Positions 13,432 to 27,437 are shown, counted from the first letter of the stretch. The stretch: 64,000 nt of DNA from Eledone cirrhosa (GCA_964016885.1 OZ024741.1:330832001-330896000); one strand, 5' to 3'. Translations and numbers: made by a program. The notes: generated from the sequence alone by a model not told the origin.

Positions 13432-13868
13432 AAGACGCCTCACGCCTCTTGCCGGAATAATAGAACAACCCTAGTTATCTCCCGCTGGTTGAGAACGCGA
13501 GGAGTAAACAGACAGCCACTAGAAAGCAGACTGATCACACGCCAGAAAACAGCCTCTGTACCACGCCACAGAAAGCAGCCAAGGGAACAGCAAACAATAA
13601 GCCCCACAATACTTTTGTAATGGTAATACGTTCCTTTCACCACAACTGACCACGTCAACATTTGGTACGTTCCAATTGTAGTATAAATAAACCACCATTA
13701 TTTACAATTGTTGAACTTAACTCTCATTGTGGTTATTGTGTTGTTTGCACACACACTCATTCACTTTGTTATAATTCTCACAAACACAAAATGGTAAATA
13801 GACGAGGGATCTTCCCTCACGTCTATGTCAATGAACTATCCAACTAGGATACTTTATATTTTACCACA
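13426..13868. mobile_element. Probable solo LTR (443 bp) inserted in (TA)n
   Basis: TGTAGTAA...TTACCACA termini (TG..CA, imperfect inverted ends), internal gtataaataaa, TATA on both flanks. Confidence 0.65.
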
Positions 13869-13961
13869 TATATATATATACATATATGCACACATCATCA
13901 TCATCATTTTACATCCGCTTTTCCCTGCTTGCAAGGGTCACACATATATATATATATGTAT

Positions 13962-14768
13962 GTATAGTATATTTGGTAATATACTGTATGTTTAATTAAA
14001 AACGTTTTGAAGACCTTGCGCTATCATTTTAAAGTAGTGACTATGTCACTTACTTCTTTTTTCGGCAAAGGAAGGGAGAAAAGCTGACAGATTCTGTTTC
14101 ACACTGTTGGTGTTCCTCAGATCAACGTACTCCCCGACCTCTGCCGAAAATTATAGAGGCTGGGTTCTTATAGAATTCCAGTAATAATCAGGAACTGATT
14201 ATATAGAGCGATTGCAAGTCCAGTAAAAATTAAAAATTAGGATTGGTGCTCTGAAATAGCGATGTATACATGATAATATACCGTATGTTTAATTAAAAAC
14301 ATTGCCGAAAAAAGAAGTAAGTGACATAGTCACTACTTTAAAATGATAGCGCAAGGTCTTCAAAATGTTTTTAATTAAACATACGGTATATTATCAAATA
14401 TACTATACATACATTCATGTATACATCGCTATTTCAGAGCACCAATCTTAATTTTTTATTTTTGCTGGACCGGCAATCACTCTGTATAATCAGTTCCTGA
14501 TTATTACTGGAATTCTATAAGAATCCAGCCTCTATAATTTTCGGCAGAGGTCAGGGAGTATGTTGCTCTGAGGAACACCAACAGTGTGAAACAGAATCTG
14601 TCAGCTTCTCTCCCTTCCTTTGCCGAAAAAAGAAGTAACTGACAGTCACTACTTTAAAATGATAGTGTATGGTCTTCCAAATGTTTTTAATTAAACATAC
14701 GGTATATTACCAAATATACTATACATACATTCATGTATACATCGCTATTTCAGAGCACCAATCCTAAT
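13962..14768. mobile_element. ~318-bp retrozyme-like multimer with central inversion at ~14301
   Basis: ttgccgaaaaaagaagtaa recurs at 14302 and 14620; 13962-14301 is the reverse complement; hammerheads at 14074-14136 (-) and 14554-14614 (+). Confidence 0.88.
14554..14614 (+). ncRNA. Type I hammerhead ribozyme
   Basis: GGGAG..GCU-CUGAGGA-ACAC(CAACA)GUGU-GAAA-CAG(AAU)CUG-UC-AGC..CUCCC; stem I with internal loop, GUC site. Confidence 0.88.
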
Positions 14769-14926
14769 ATATATATATATATATAATATCGTCATCATCA
14801 TCATCATCATCATTTAACGTCCATCTTCCATGCTAGCATGGGTTAGACGGTTTTATTCCATTTGATGCGGGATGGATTGGGGGAGATAAGTGTTAGAGGA
14901 TTGCAATGTTTTTCTTTTGTTTTTAG

Positions 14927-15113
14927 AATCCTTAGAGGCTGAGGCTTTCGTTGTAGATCAACGGGGCTATCTAAATGGACCACAACATGAACAGAACAGA
15001 AAAAAGGAATCTCCTTACACCATCTGGAACATTATGTGGCTAGTTACAGCCATGGTAACTTTCTACTACACTGACTTCTACCTAGCATTACTATATGACT
15101 TGCGGATAAAACG
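14927..15113 (+). CDS. TMEM128: TMEM128 internal coding exon
   Basis: ttttag acceptor, gtgagt donor; encodes ..ESPYTIWNIMWLVTAMVTFYYTDFYLAL.. resembling TMEM128 TM1 (FWILASIVVTYYVDF); phase joins next exon. Confidence 0.85.
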
Positions 15114-16015
15114 GTGAGTTGTGTGTGTGTGTGTGTGCCTCTATATATATGTATGAGTGTGTTTTTGTGTTTGTGTATTTGTGTGTATGTGTGTTTATGT
15201 GTATTTGTGTGAGACTGTGTGTGTATCTGTATATTTTGTATGTGTATGTGTGTGTCTGAGTGTATTTGTGAGTCTGAGTGTATTTGTGTGTTAAATTATT
15301 TTATCTCGATCTCTAGAAGAATGAGAGTGGATAGAGAATATTAATCTGGGGGAAGGGTATATTTAAGTATATAACACCCCAGTACTTAATTGGTACTCAC
15401 TGCTGGACTTACTTAGGGCCACACACCCTTGGGGGACCTTATTTTTAAAAAAATATTCTTATTTTATCATTAGTTTATATTAGAATTCTTTTAGAGAAGG
15501 GCCACAAATTTCATATAGCTTAGGGCCTCAGCTGGTGAAAGTCCAACCCTACTGGAACTTTATTTTGTCAACTCTGGAATGATGAAAGACAAACTTAACC
15601 TCAGCAGGATTAGAACTCAGCATTTTGTCCGATACTCTAAATGATTCAGCTAATTCATCGATGTTAATATTGGTATGGTATGGTACAGTATAGTATGGTA
15701 GGGTATGGTCTCGTCCCATAACTCCTGCGGGAGGCGTAGGGGTGCCATATTAAAATACGATGTGTTTAGGGCATTTTTTTTAAACCTGGAAGAGCCCATC
15801 TTCTCTCCAGGTCTGAATATAGTAGATCTTTTCCAGAGAAGGATAGACAGAGAGAAGAAGTGAAAAAGAGATATAATGGAAGAAATGACTCCTGCTGTAC
15901 TTGACTGGTACTTTTTTTCATCAACCTTAAATGGATGAAAGGCAAAGTTAACCTTTAACATTAATATTATGATGGTGATAATGAACTATTGATCTACTGT
16001 TGTCTTCTCTTACAG

Positions 16016-16183
16016 ATTCTGGTTTAATTTGGGTGTTTTGCTGATTGGTGTGAACATTACCATTGGAACCTTCCTCATTCTCTGGACCAGCTGTATCCGG
16101 AAAATATCTTCTGATGAATGGGAAAGACGGTATCCAGCTGCCATTCCTACTGCTACAGCATCCTTCATTCTTGGAGCTGTATG
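16016..16183 (+). CDS. TMEM128: TMEM128 internal coding exon
   Basis: ttacag/gtaagt; FWFNLGVLLIGVNITIGTFLILW..YPAAIPTATASFILGAV matches TMEM128 YPALIPITTASFIAAGIC; 168 nt, phase 2-2. Confidence 0.92.
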
Positions 16184-16216
16184 GTAAGTGTTTCTCCCAC
16201 TACTACTCTATACAGT

Positions 16217-16445
16217 TTCATCATCAGCACCGTCACCATTATCATCACAACCATTAATATTATCATCACTACCATTATTATCATCATCATTACCATTGTC
16301 ATCATCACCACCATTATCATCATCACCACTATTATCATCATCATCACCACAACTACCACCACCATTATCATCAACACCACCAGCACCATTATCATCAACT
16401 TCATCATTATCATCACCACCATCACCATTATCATCAGCATGATCA
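16217..16445. repeat. (ATC/ACC/ATT)n trinucleotide low-complexity tract
   Basis: Direct reading. Confidence 0.9.
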
Positions 16446-16579
16446 TTTTATATCTGCTTTCCGTGCTGGTATCAGTTGAACTGGTTGTCACAATCCTTGA
16501 CCAGACAAGCTGGATAGATCTCATTTTGCCCATACCTTTCATTTTGGCATGGTTTATATGGTTGGATGTCATTCCTAAT

Positions 16580-16815
16580 ACCAACCACTTTACGGAGTGT
16601 TCTGGGTGTATTTTATAGTGGCATCAGCACTACCACTTTACAAATTGTATTGGGTGCATTTCATCATGGCACCAGCATTTCTTCTTTACAGTGTATTGGG
16701 TGTATTTTATTGTGGAACCATACCTACCACTTTACAAAGTATATTGGGTGCATTTCATCATGGCACCAGCACTTCCACTCTACAGAGTGCACTGGGTGTA
16801 TTTCACTGTGGCATT
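16580..16815. repeat. Degenerate ~41-bp minisatellite (~6 copies) resembling RTE 3' UTR sequence
   Basis: accactttaca.agt.tattgggtg.attt.at..tggca recurs; similar to 8525-8615. Confidence 0.6.
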
Positions 16816-17204
16816 TGTAATGTCTGTGAACTTTTCTGGTTAATTATGTTTTTGTTGGCCTAGTCAAGAAGCAAAAAACTCTGTACCTAATATCTTCCAG
16901 TTTTTTTTTGTTTTTTTTTTTAGATATAAATACAGTAATAACACCGATCCATGCTTGCATGGGTTAGAAGGGTCTTTTCCATCACATCTCCTTCACTTGT
17001 TATGTTCCTTTATGAACTTCAGTGTTTTAAGATATGCTCTACTGTAGCTGCCTTCCACTGGGCTCTCCTGGCACGTCTTCACCTAACAATCATCATCCAT
17101 ACACATTACACACATCACATTTAAATAATTCTCATCCCATGTCTTCACTCTCAACAAGCTTCCACCCATGTTTATTTGCTTGTCTCTCACTCTTTCTATT
17201 GTAG

Positions 17205-17310
17205 CGTCACTATTGGACTTTGGCCAGTTTGGAGCATATTCACACCACTGATCCTCTTCCTGATTTTCATGGGGTTTGTTGTTATCATTGCCATGATACC
17301 AAACTTTTAA
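17205..17310 (+). CDS. TMEM128: TMEM128 last coding exon
   Basis: ttgtag acceptor; (C)VTIGLWPVWSIFTPLILFLIFMGFVVIIAMIPNF* matches TMEM128 LWHVWSFFTPLLLFTQFMG. Confidence 0.92.
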
Positions 17311-18848
17311 CTCTCAACATTTATTGGAGCATCATTCCATGCATGGAGGGTATATTTGTGTTATAAGTAATCTCACTTGACAGGATCATCTCTACACTTG
17401 GTGCCTTGATAATAACCTCAATTATTTTGTGACTGTATTTCTAATGAAATACACTCTATTTCAATTATTCAATGAAGAATTTTGGAAAATTTCCTAAAAT
17501 TGTTATTTCCTTTATACTAAGATTCTTAACATATGGTTCTTATATACAAAATATGTTGAAAAATTTTAATTTAGGGACACATGGAGGGTTTTTGTTTCAT
17601 AGAACCAAAGCCAATTTTCCCCAGGCTGCTATCAAAAGTGTGAAATCTTTCTGGATTAGTCCTGTGTTATTTACTGATGGTCGTGGACCTAGTACTGTTG
17701 ACTAAATTGTCTCATCTGGTCTTTCAAGTAATATCTGTAACCTAGTATGTGTTTCCCAGGAATTTTCACTAAGTAATTAGGACCTCTTGATTGGGTATCT
17801 TTCACTGGGTTAACCTTTAGCATTTGTTGACATTTTCTACTGCAGAAAAAAACCACATTAACAAGGCATACTTGAAAAGTACAAAACTGCCTCACATTAA
17901 AAGTGAAAGTCTTTACTCTAATACTGTAAATTTTCACAAAGATAAAATATCTGTCCACTGGTACAAATATCAAAGCACAAGGCACCGCATTAGCAATGCA
18001 TTCCAGAAAAGTACAAAACAGAACAATGACTGCACCACATTAACTTTAGTTTACTATATATAAATTTTCACAATGATCTGTCCAGTGGTAAGGATACTAT
18101 AAACATTTGATTTAACAAAACTGCTTTTAAATATTTTCTGCTGAAACATTACAGGAGCTAATGTTTGTGACTCGAGTGTCCTATCACTGATCAGTCTTTA
18201 CTTCCAGATTAATGTTTATATATCAATTGTGAGAAATAACAATTTCCACATCTTCATTTCGTTGTCTCAGTTATTTTCTATGCCACAGTGGGTGTATCTT
18301 CTCCATGTATTTCTAGTAATGTTGCAGGGGTTTGACACTAAAATGTCAACTGCAGAGGACCACCATCTCAGGAATTTTTCAGTAAAAGTGCGCACACTGA
18401 TGGTGCAACACACTGGTGAACCATGCAGATATACTACTGCTGCTAAGCTTATATATATATATATATCTCCTGAGCGTGAATTTAATAAACATTTATTGTA
18501 CTGCCTCTCTGTTCTGTCCCTGTTCAATTTTTCATTATATATATATATATATATATGTACATATATATAAATACACACACACACACACGCATATATGTAT
18601 ATACATACATGTATATATACATGTATATAAATATGTATATGTAAATATATAGGTATATGGATATATATAGGTATATGGATATAAATAGGTATATGTATAT
18701 ATATAGGTATATGTCTATATATGTATATGCATTTATATATGTATATATATGTATATGCATATATATATGTATATATATGTATATGCATATATGTATATGT
18801 ATATATATACACAGGTATATGTATATATATGTGTGTGTGTGTATATAT

Positions 18849-19035
18849 AGGAAAAGAGTCAGGACCCCGACGACTGAGCTCTGGCGGTTTTGGCAGCTAG
18901 ATCTAGCTGTCGAAACGGCCGGAGCTCAGCTGTCGGGGTCCTGACTCTTTTCCTATTACCCACTCTAGTACCCTAAGTATTGAGTACTCTGGTGCATTAT
19001 GGTCCACCTGGTATCTTACCACACCCTCTTTGTTA
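18849..19035. repeat. Interspersed repeat beginning with a ~106-bp hairpin; second, non-hairpin copy at 32541-32682
   Basis: aggaaaagagtcaggacccc...ggggtcctgactcttttcct; shared ctattacccactct..accctaagtattgagtact. Confidence 0.75.
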
Positions 19036-19071
19036 TATATATGTATGTATATATATATGTATATGTATCAT

Positions 19072-19265
19072 TATCTATAAAAGGCAGATTGTTGTTGTGT
19101 GTGTGTGTGTGTGTGTGTGCATGTTCCATGTTTATACATTTGCACAATTTCAAACCGATTCGACTCAAAGTCTGTAAGAATGTTGTAAATGGTCTAACTT
19201 AGTTTCAATGACTATTTCATTCAAACTCACCCACAATTACGGAAATAATCGATAAAACTAAATAC
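19072..19265 (+). mobile_element. Possible Helitron/Helentron-type non-autonomous 5' fragment
   Basis: tctataaaaggcaga-(GT)n-...aaccgattcgactcaaa layout resembles DINE/HINE-type ends; no 3' end seen. Confidence 0.3.
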
Positions 19266-19269
19266 ATGA

Positions 19270-20243
19270 CGCTTTACCCCTCTAATACAATCAGAATCCT
19301 CTCTCTATTCCCCTTCATTAGAGAAAGTTGCAGCATGTATGTAGTTTTATCGAATAATTCAATTATTTTGTCAATCACTCTATTTACGTCAATTACCTTA
19401 TCTACCCATTTTTCAGCTAACATAATTCCTACACCACCCTGTCTGTTGTCATTTCCCACCCAGAAAAGTTTATAGCATCGTTTTTTACCTACGATGAATC
19501 TGGCAGACCCCCCCCCCTCTCCACCTAGTCTCTTGAATACAACAAACATCAACTTCTTTACGTTCAAGCATCTCTACAACCTCATTTGAGAGACCTTTTA
19601 ATGTGCCTACGTTTATGGTACCAACTCTGAAGTTGGGAGGGTGGGATGGATGGGTTAGAGGGGCAGGGAGGGGTGTGGGAGATGGAATTATGTTGGTCAT
19701 TTGTGTCTGAAATAGAGAGGGGCCTTTGTATTCTCGTCCTGCAGCAGGAGGTGAATTTATCTTTATCTCCGCAGTCCACCCATCAAACAGGTCTAAACTT
19801 AAGGAGTAGTAACCGGGGCGGTAGCTTTGCTATACTGATTTATTTGGGAACTTACTAAAGCCGCTGAGTTCTGATTGGACCATTACCAATGGTGGTGTGT
19901 GGGGGTGTGAGGGCAGGAAATGGGTAACTTTAGGAGAAGGATTTGATTTAGGAAGGGTCCAACAGAATGAGACAAATCATTTAAACATAAGATAATTTAG
20001 ATAGATAAATTCTGTTCTTGGTTGGAAACCAGCAAGATGTATTTTATACCTGCGATCAGGGGGGGGGGGTTATGAGAGAAAGAGCAAAGTGATTACAAAG
20101 TTAGGGAGCGAGATACAGGAAGGTTCTAGAATAATTAGAAAGATTTGATTTAGGAAGGGTCCAACAGAATGAGACAAATCATTTAAACATGTAAATATTA
20201 GTTGAAATTAGAGAAACAAACGGAGAATTTGAATTGTAGACTA
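19270..20243 (-). mobile_element. RTE LINE 5' portion (5' UTR and start of APE endonuclease)
   Basis: FRVGTINVGTLKGLSNEVVEMLERKEVDVCCIQETRW, YKLFWVGND; 49-bp direct repeat at 19940/20142. Confidence 0.85.
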
Positions 20244-21658
20244 TGTAGCGACGTGGTTAGTCAGTCTGGTCACTACTTCTGATCAGATCCGAGAATAGCC
20301 CTTAGAAGGACTGTTATCGCATACGGTCTGATCAGATCTGAAGATAACCCTTAAAAGAAATGTCATATACGGTAAGGATGAACAGACGAAAGCACGAGTT
20401 GAAAGGACGAGCAAGGCGAGAGTTGTAGTTTCGATCAGCTATTTATTTTCACATGAAGCGACGATACAGAGGTACAAGGCGTGTGTGAGTGACAAGCGTG
20501 GCAGAGGAGAGGAACAACGATACGCTAACTGACTCTGCCAAAGGTCGACTGGCGAAAGTGTTTGGAACCACTCTATTTATACAGAAATAATCATTTGATG
20601 TTTAGCCGCTGCGTAGGCGTTTTATTCTGGTGGATTTTAAGGGTTGTTTGTTTCACGGTGAGGTAGCTAGCTAAGCAGATAGATGGAGCTGTTTATTTCA
20701 CAGATGTTATTTCCGGTGGCTGTACATTAGCCCCCTGCTAGATCTTTTGTACAACAAAAAAGCGAAATATTGTATAGTAATGAGCCAGTGGTGCATTTGT
20801 CATAACAATAGCCCAAGGTGTGTCCAGCACGTTGTGAAGTTTGGTGATCATCGCGTATAGGACAGAGTCGATGTAGAGATGATATGGCAAGATGTGTGTG
20901 TCAGGAAGAGAAAAAAGAATAAACTATAAAATGACTGACCAGATTTATGCAGGTGTGATGAATGAGCCTGTTGCAATTTGGGTTGAGCTGCCTGTGAATT
21001 GCGTGACAAAAAGTCTAACTGGGCAGTGAAGATAACCGTAAATTGTGAACTGAATGGCCGTAAGCATGCTGCCTAAAAGTAACAGTTTGCTCCAAAGCAT
21101 ATGACTTGAGCGAATGCATGTGGTAAAAAAGTAGCGAGGCATTCTAGAGCTATTGAGTGAATGTGTACGTGAATAAAAAAAAAAAAAAAAGCCAGTGTTT
21201 TGAGGATGCGATTTGTGAAATGCGTGATCAAAGAGAAAACATTTTGTAGTGTAAGAGTTAGAGGGACAAAAATATCTATTGCTCAGTGTATGAACCAAAG
21301 GTGGAACAAACTTGGTTGTGTAGTGTGCATGGAAAATAGAATATGTACACGCCTTGTATGTATATAAAAATGATGGCAATTACACAATTAATATTGCAGA
21401 AAAATAAAAATGTTTGCAAAACAAGAGAGAGAAGAAAAAAAAATGTTATACACAATGCTATACACAATGTTTGTTCTTAAATAGTGTTTGTAATAGATAA
21501 TATTCATAATAAATAATGTTCTTTGTGACATGAGCACATGGTCACTAAAAATTGCAATTGTTCAAGGAGAAAGTTCATTGTATTTGAAACTGGAAATAGT
21601 AAACACAAGGAAAATGGAAATGTTTTGCACGAAGAATGATTAAGAAACTCACTTGAGG

Positions 21659-24600
21659 TTAACGGTAATTCACATATTGTGCCAACTTGGCGGGCCAATG
21701 GACACGTCGTCCACTTCTCGTGACTGGAGATGAAACAGGTGGCTTGCTGGGACAGCAATCTGTTGGAGTTTCTGGTGGAGAGACTGTAACAGTATCCATG
21801 ATGGCTTTTTTTAATCTGTCCACGCTGACAGAATTCTGTTTACCATCTTGATCGAGAATAAAATATTTCGGATATTTTTTTAGAACACGATAAGGGCCAG
21901 AATATGGAGGTTGAAGATGAGCTGGGATGGTGTCGTTTCGAACGAAAACGTGTGTCCAATCATCAATGTCTGAAGGTACGTGTGTGGCCGTGTTCTGTTG
22001 ACGGGTGCTTGCAGGAACAAGGTGAGACATATATTGTCGAAGACGGTGTACGTATGTTCCTGGGTCTGGAACATCCTGAGGAGAGATGGGAGCAACCATC
22101 TGACCAGGTAGAACCAGGGTGATGCCGTATATAATTCTGCAGGTGTGTGTCCGAATTCCTCCTTAACAGTGGATCGAATGCCCAGAAGGATGAGTGGCAG
22201 GTATTCAAACCAGTGGGTCTTGTCTGAATATGCTTTTATTGCAGCTTTCAATTGGCGATGGAATCTTTCCACGAGACCATTAGCTTGCGGGTGATAAGCT
22301 GTCGTGCGGATGTGTTTACATCCTAACAGGCGAGTCAGTTCCCTGAAGAGGTGGGAGTCAAACTGGCGTCCTCTGTCCGTTGTTATCTTCGCTGGGGCGC
22401 CATAACGTGATACTCAATGTAAAAGCAAAGTTTTAGCGACTGTTTCCGCTGAGGTATTACTTATGGGAAAAGCCTCAGGCCAACGGGAAAATCGATCTAT
22501 GCAGGTGAGCAAGTGTATGCAATTCTGTGATGGTGGTAGAGGTCCGACGATATCGATATGCACATGATGAAATCGTGCATCAAGTAGCGCGAATGTGCCG
22601 AGTGGAGTTTTGATGTGTCTGTGGACTTTGGCCTTCTGGCAGGCAATGCAGCTCCTGGACCAGTCGTGCACGTCCTTGTTAATGTTAGTCCACACAAAAC
22701 GAGCAGAGATGAGTTTCTGTGTAGCCCAGATTCCCGGGTGAGACAAGCAGTGTAAAGCAGAAAAAACTTGTCGACGATGCATCTGTGGTTCGTACAGTCG
22801 TTCATTACCTTTAGAAAGGTCGCACCAAATTTGTCCCGGAGCAGAAGGAATGGGAACTTGCTGAAACTTGAGGGATGGCGAATCTCGGAGCTTGATAAAC
22901 TCTTCGTCAGTCTCTTGGTCAGCTGCGATCTGTTGAAGGTCGATGCCTGAATGCACATGTATTGCGTTCAGCAGGATTCGGGACAGGGCGTCGGCTGCTA
23001 CGTTGTCTGATCCCTTGATATGCCGAATATCAGTTGAATATTGGGAGACAAAATCCAGGTGTCAGAGTTCTCTCGGTGAATGTCGACCAGGTTTGGTACG
23101 GAACGCATAAACTAGTGGTTTATGGTCCGTGTAGATCACGAAATCCGATCCTTCGAGCATATGCCGAAAATGTTTAACCGAAAGGTAGGTTGCCAAGAGT
23201 TCGCGGCCAAACGTACTGTATTTGGTTTCTGCAGGTTGCAACCGCTTAGAAAACAAGGATAAGGGTTACCAAACGCCGTCGACATGTTGTTGTAAAACGC
23301 CTCCAATCCCTGTGTCTGATGCGTCCACTAGCAGCAAAAGAGGAGCGCCAGATCTGGGGAAAACGAGCATGGAAGCGTTTGCCAACATTTCCTTCAGGGG
23401 GTTAAAAGATGTTAATCCTTCCTCGTCAGAGTGATCTCTTCGTTTTTGCGAGTCCGGTTGCGAAGAAGGTCCGTGAGGAGTCTGGCTGCGTCGGCACAAT
23501 GAGGGATGAAACGCCTATAAAAATTCACCAAACCGAGGGATTCACGCAGTTTCCGAAGTGATGTAGGTGCGGGAAAATTGCGGATAGCTTCTACTTTCTC
23601 GGGAAGTGGACGAATGCCGTCTTTATCGATGATGTGCCCGAGAAAGGACAGTGAAGGAACGCCGAGAAGGCACTTGCTGGGGTTGATGATAATACCGTAC
23701 TCGGCCAAACGTTGGAAAAGAAGATCTAAGTGCTTCTCGTGTTCTTGCTCGGAAGTACTTGCTACTAGCACGTCGTCGATATACGCGTATACAAAGGGTA
23801 GATCACGTAACACGGTGTCAATAAACCGCTGAAAAGTTTGTGCAGCGTTGCGCAGACCGAACGGCATTCGCAGGAATTCAAATAAACCGAACGGTGTTGT
23901 GATTGCGGTCTTCGGAATATCTGCAGGCTCCATAGGTATCTGGTTATATGCTCGTACCAAATCTATCCTGGAAAAGATGCGTGCGCCTTGCAGAGAGGCA
24001 GAAAAGTCGTACAAGTGAGGTACAGGGTAATTATCGGGTACTGTAGAATTGTTAAGTGCACGTTAATTCCCACATGGTCGCCAATCATTCTCGGTTTTTT
24101 TAGGAACAAGGTGTAGGGTGCAGACCAGTTGCTGGAGGAAGGGCGAATGATTCCGAGGTCCAGCATGTGTTGAAACTCCTGTTTGGCGATTGTCAATCGG
24201 TCTGGAGGCAGTCTCCTTGGTTGGGCAGCTGTGGGTGGTCCTCTTGTCTCGATGTGGTGTGTGACACTATGCTTAATAGGTCCATCCTTAAATACCGGGC
24301 GAGTGATGTCTGGGTATTTCTGGAGAATGCCGTTGTAACGCGAAGGCTTTGACTGGCAAATTACAGGGCTCACTGTGGATTGCGTGGTAAATATACCTCT
24401 CACAGTGAGGTTTGTGGTAGTGTCAATAAGCCTCCGGTTCTTCATATCCACCAGAAGGTTGAAGTGGTGGAGAAAATCGGCTCCTAAGATAGGGGTCGGC
24501 AGGTCTGCCACGACGAACACCCATTGAAAACGACGCCTCAGGCCTAAATTGAGGGTCAGTGATTTCTCCCCGAAAGTCGGAATTGACGATTGGTTCACTG

Positions 24601-24700
24601 CCTGCAGAAAGGACGGTGCTGGATGTCTTTACCCGAGATTAGTGAAACAGGAATAACACTAACCTGGGCTCCTGTATCCACGAGGTAACGGATGCCTGTC
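21659..24700 (-). pseudogene. Gypsy pol (protease, RT, RNase H, integrase) in fragments
   Basis: [74 protein letters not shown]. Confidence 0.95.
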
Positions 24701-25619
24701 GCTTGGTCGTTGATAAAAAAAATAGACGACTTTTCTTTTCAGTACCAGGGGTGAACGTCGTCGCTAGGCCCTGGGTGGTATTCTGCAAAGAGCATGGGGC
24801 CCTACACTTAGATGCCTGAGTGCCGAATTCTTCGTGATACCAGCAGAGGTTGCCAGACACACGATTTTGACTGGGACTTCTGGATCTTCGACGGTGAAAG
24901 GGCCTGGATCGACTGTTGCTGCGCCGCCGGTGTGTTTGAAAGGTCAGGTTCTCTAATTGGTTTGAGAGGGCTTTAATTTGACCAGCCTGCTCTCTGATCA
25001 TAGCCCGCAGCTCTGAAATCTCGGAGGTGGAGTCCGAGGACGTTATGTAAGGGTTCATCCGATGATCTACCTGTGCCACTGAGGCAAAAGGGTTTGACAC
25101 CTCAGCGATCTTATCTGCGACACTCGCCGATTCTTCCGGGGTTGCTGACTCGTTAGTCGACGCCAGAATGCCCTGCATCGATAAGGGCAAGCGCTGTATA
25201 AACAGCCGTTTCAGCACATCTTCTGAAAGCAGCTGGTCTTGCATCAGCTGTCTCATCTTTCGCAATAGTTGGGTCGGTTTTCTGTCCCCCAATTCTGCTG
25301 CAGACACGAGTTGGTTGAGTCGTCTCTGCTGTGACGCGGTCGTTCGCTTGATCAATTCCTTGCGGAATGATTCATATGACACCGTGCCCGGCGGTGCCAT
25401 GACGAGGTCCCTCACCTCAGCCAAGACTTCTACCGGGACAGACCCAATGATGTAGGTGAGCTTTGCAGAATCGCTCTTAATTCTGTTAGCGGCGAATTGT
25501 GCTTCTATGTGAGCGAACCACAGAGTCGGGTCGTTGGACCAAAAAACGGGAACTTTCAATGTTAAAGCAGCTTGTGTGGTTGGTATCTCGGCCTCTTTCG
25601 TTGTTTGTGACATGTCCAT
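24639..25619 (-). CDS. Gypsy gag-like ORF
   Basis: PVFWSNDPTLWFAHIEAQF, LGDRKPTQLL, CWYHEEFG..CRAPC knuckle. Confidence 0.9.
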   Translation of the reverse strand: MDMSQTTKEAEIPTTQAALTLKVPVFWSNDPTLWFAHIEAQFAANRIKSDSAKLTYIIGSVPVEVLAEVRDLVMAPPGTVSYESFRKELIKRTTASQQRRLNQLVSAAELGDRKPTQLLRKMRQLMQDQLLSEDVLKRLFIQRLPLSMQGILASTNESATPEESASVADKIAEVSNPFASVAQVDHRMNPYITSSDSTSEISELRAMIREQAGQIKALSNQLENLTFQTHRRRSNSRSRPFHRRRSRSPSQNRVSGNLCWYHEEFGTQASKCRAPCSLQNTTQGLATTFTPGTEKKSRLFFLSTTKRQASVTSWIQEPRLVLFLFH

Positions 25620-25645
25620 GTTGGTATCTTCTTAGGCTGCTGTCT

Positions 25646-25677
25646 GGTTGCGTGTTCGAATCACGTCGGGATCACCA
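25646..25677 (-). promoter_or_regulatory. Primer binding site complementary to tRNA-Trp
   Basis: Plus strand ggttgcgtgttcgaatcacgtcgggatcacca matches the 3' 32 nt of metazoan tRNA-Trp+CCA as recalled (1 mismatch). Confidence 0.85.
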
Positions 25678-25996
25678 ATTGTAGCGAGGTGGTTAGTCAG
25701 TCTGGTCACTACTTCTGATCAGATCCGAGAATAGCCCTTAGAAGGACTGTTATCGCATACGGTCTGATCAGATCTGAAGATATCCCTTAAAAGAACTGTT
25801 GTCACATACGGTAAGGATGAACAGATGAAAGCACAAGTTGAAAGGACGAGCAAGGCGAGAGATGTAGTTGCAATCAGCTATTTATTTTCACATGAAGCGG
25901 CGATACAGAGGTACAAGGCGTGCGTGAGTTACAAGCGTGGCAGAGGAGAGGAAAAACGATACGCGACTTGACTCTGCCAAAGGTCGACTGGCGAAA

Positions 25997-27369
<1,373 letters not shown>

Positions 27370-27395
27370 TATATATATATATATATATACATATA

Positions 27396-27437
<42 letters not shown>

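Larger units (their letters stand above)
20244..25999 (-). mobile_element. Ty3/Gypsy LTR retrotransposon, frameshifted; 3' LTR ~20244-20726, 5' LTR 25680-25999 truncated by (TA)n
   Basis: LTR copies at 20244 and 25680; PPT-like gcagggggctaa; gag-PR-RT(YIDD)-RH-IN order; tRNA-Trp PBS. Confidence 0.95.

Noticed and set aside
17689-18060. Minus-strand frame with hydrophobic stretch and DRY motif (GPCR-like)
   Set aside because: No other class A motifs and stops nearby; more likely TMEM128 3' UTR
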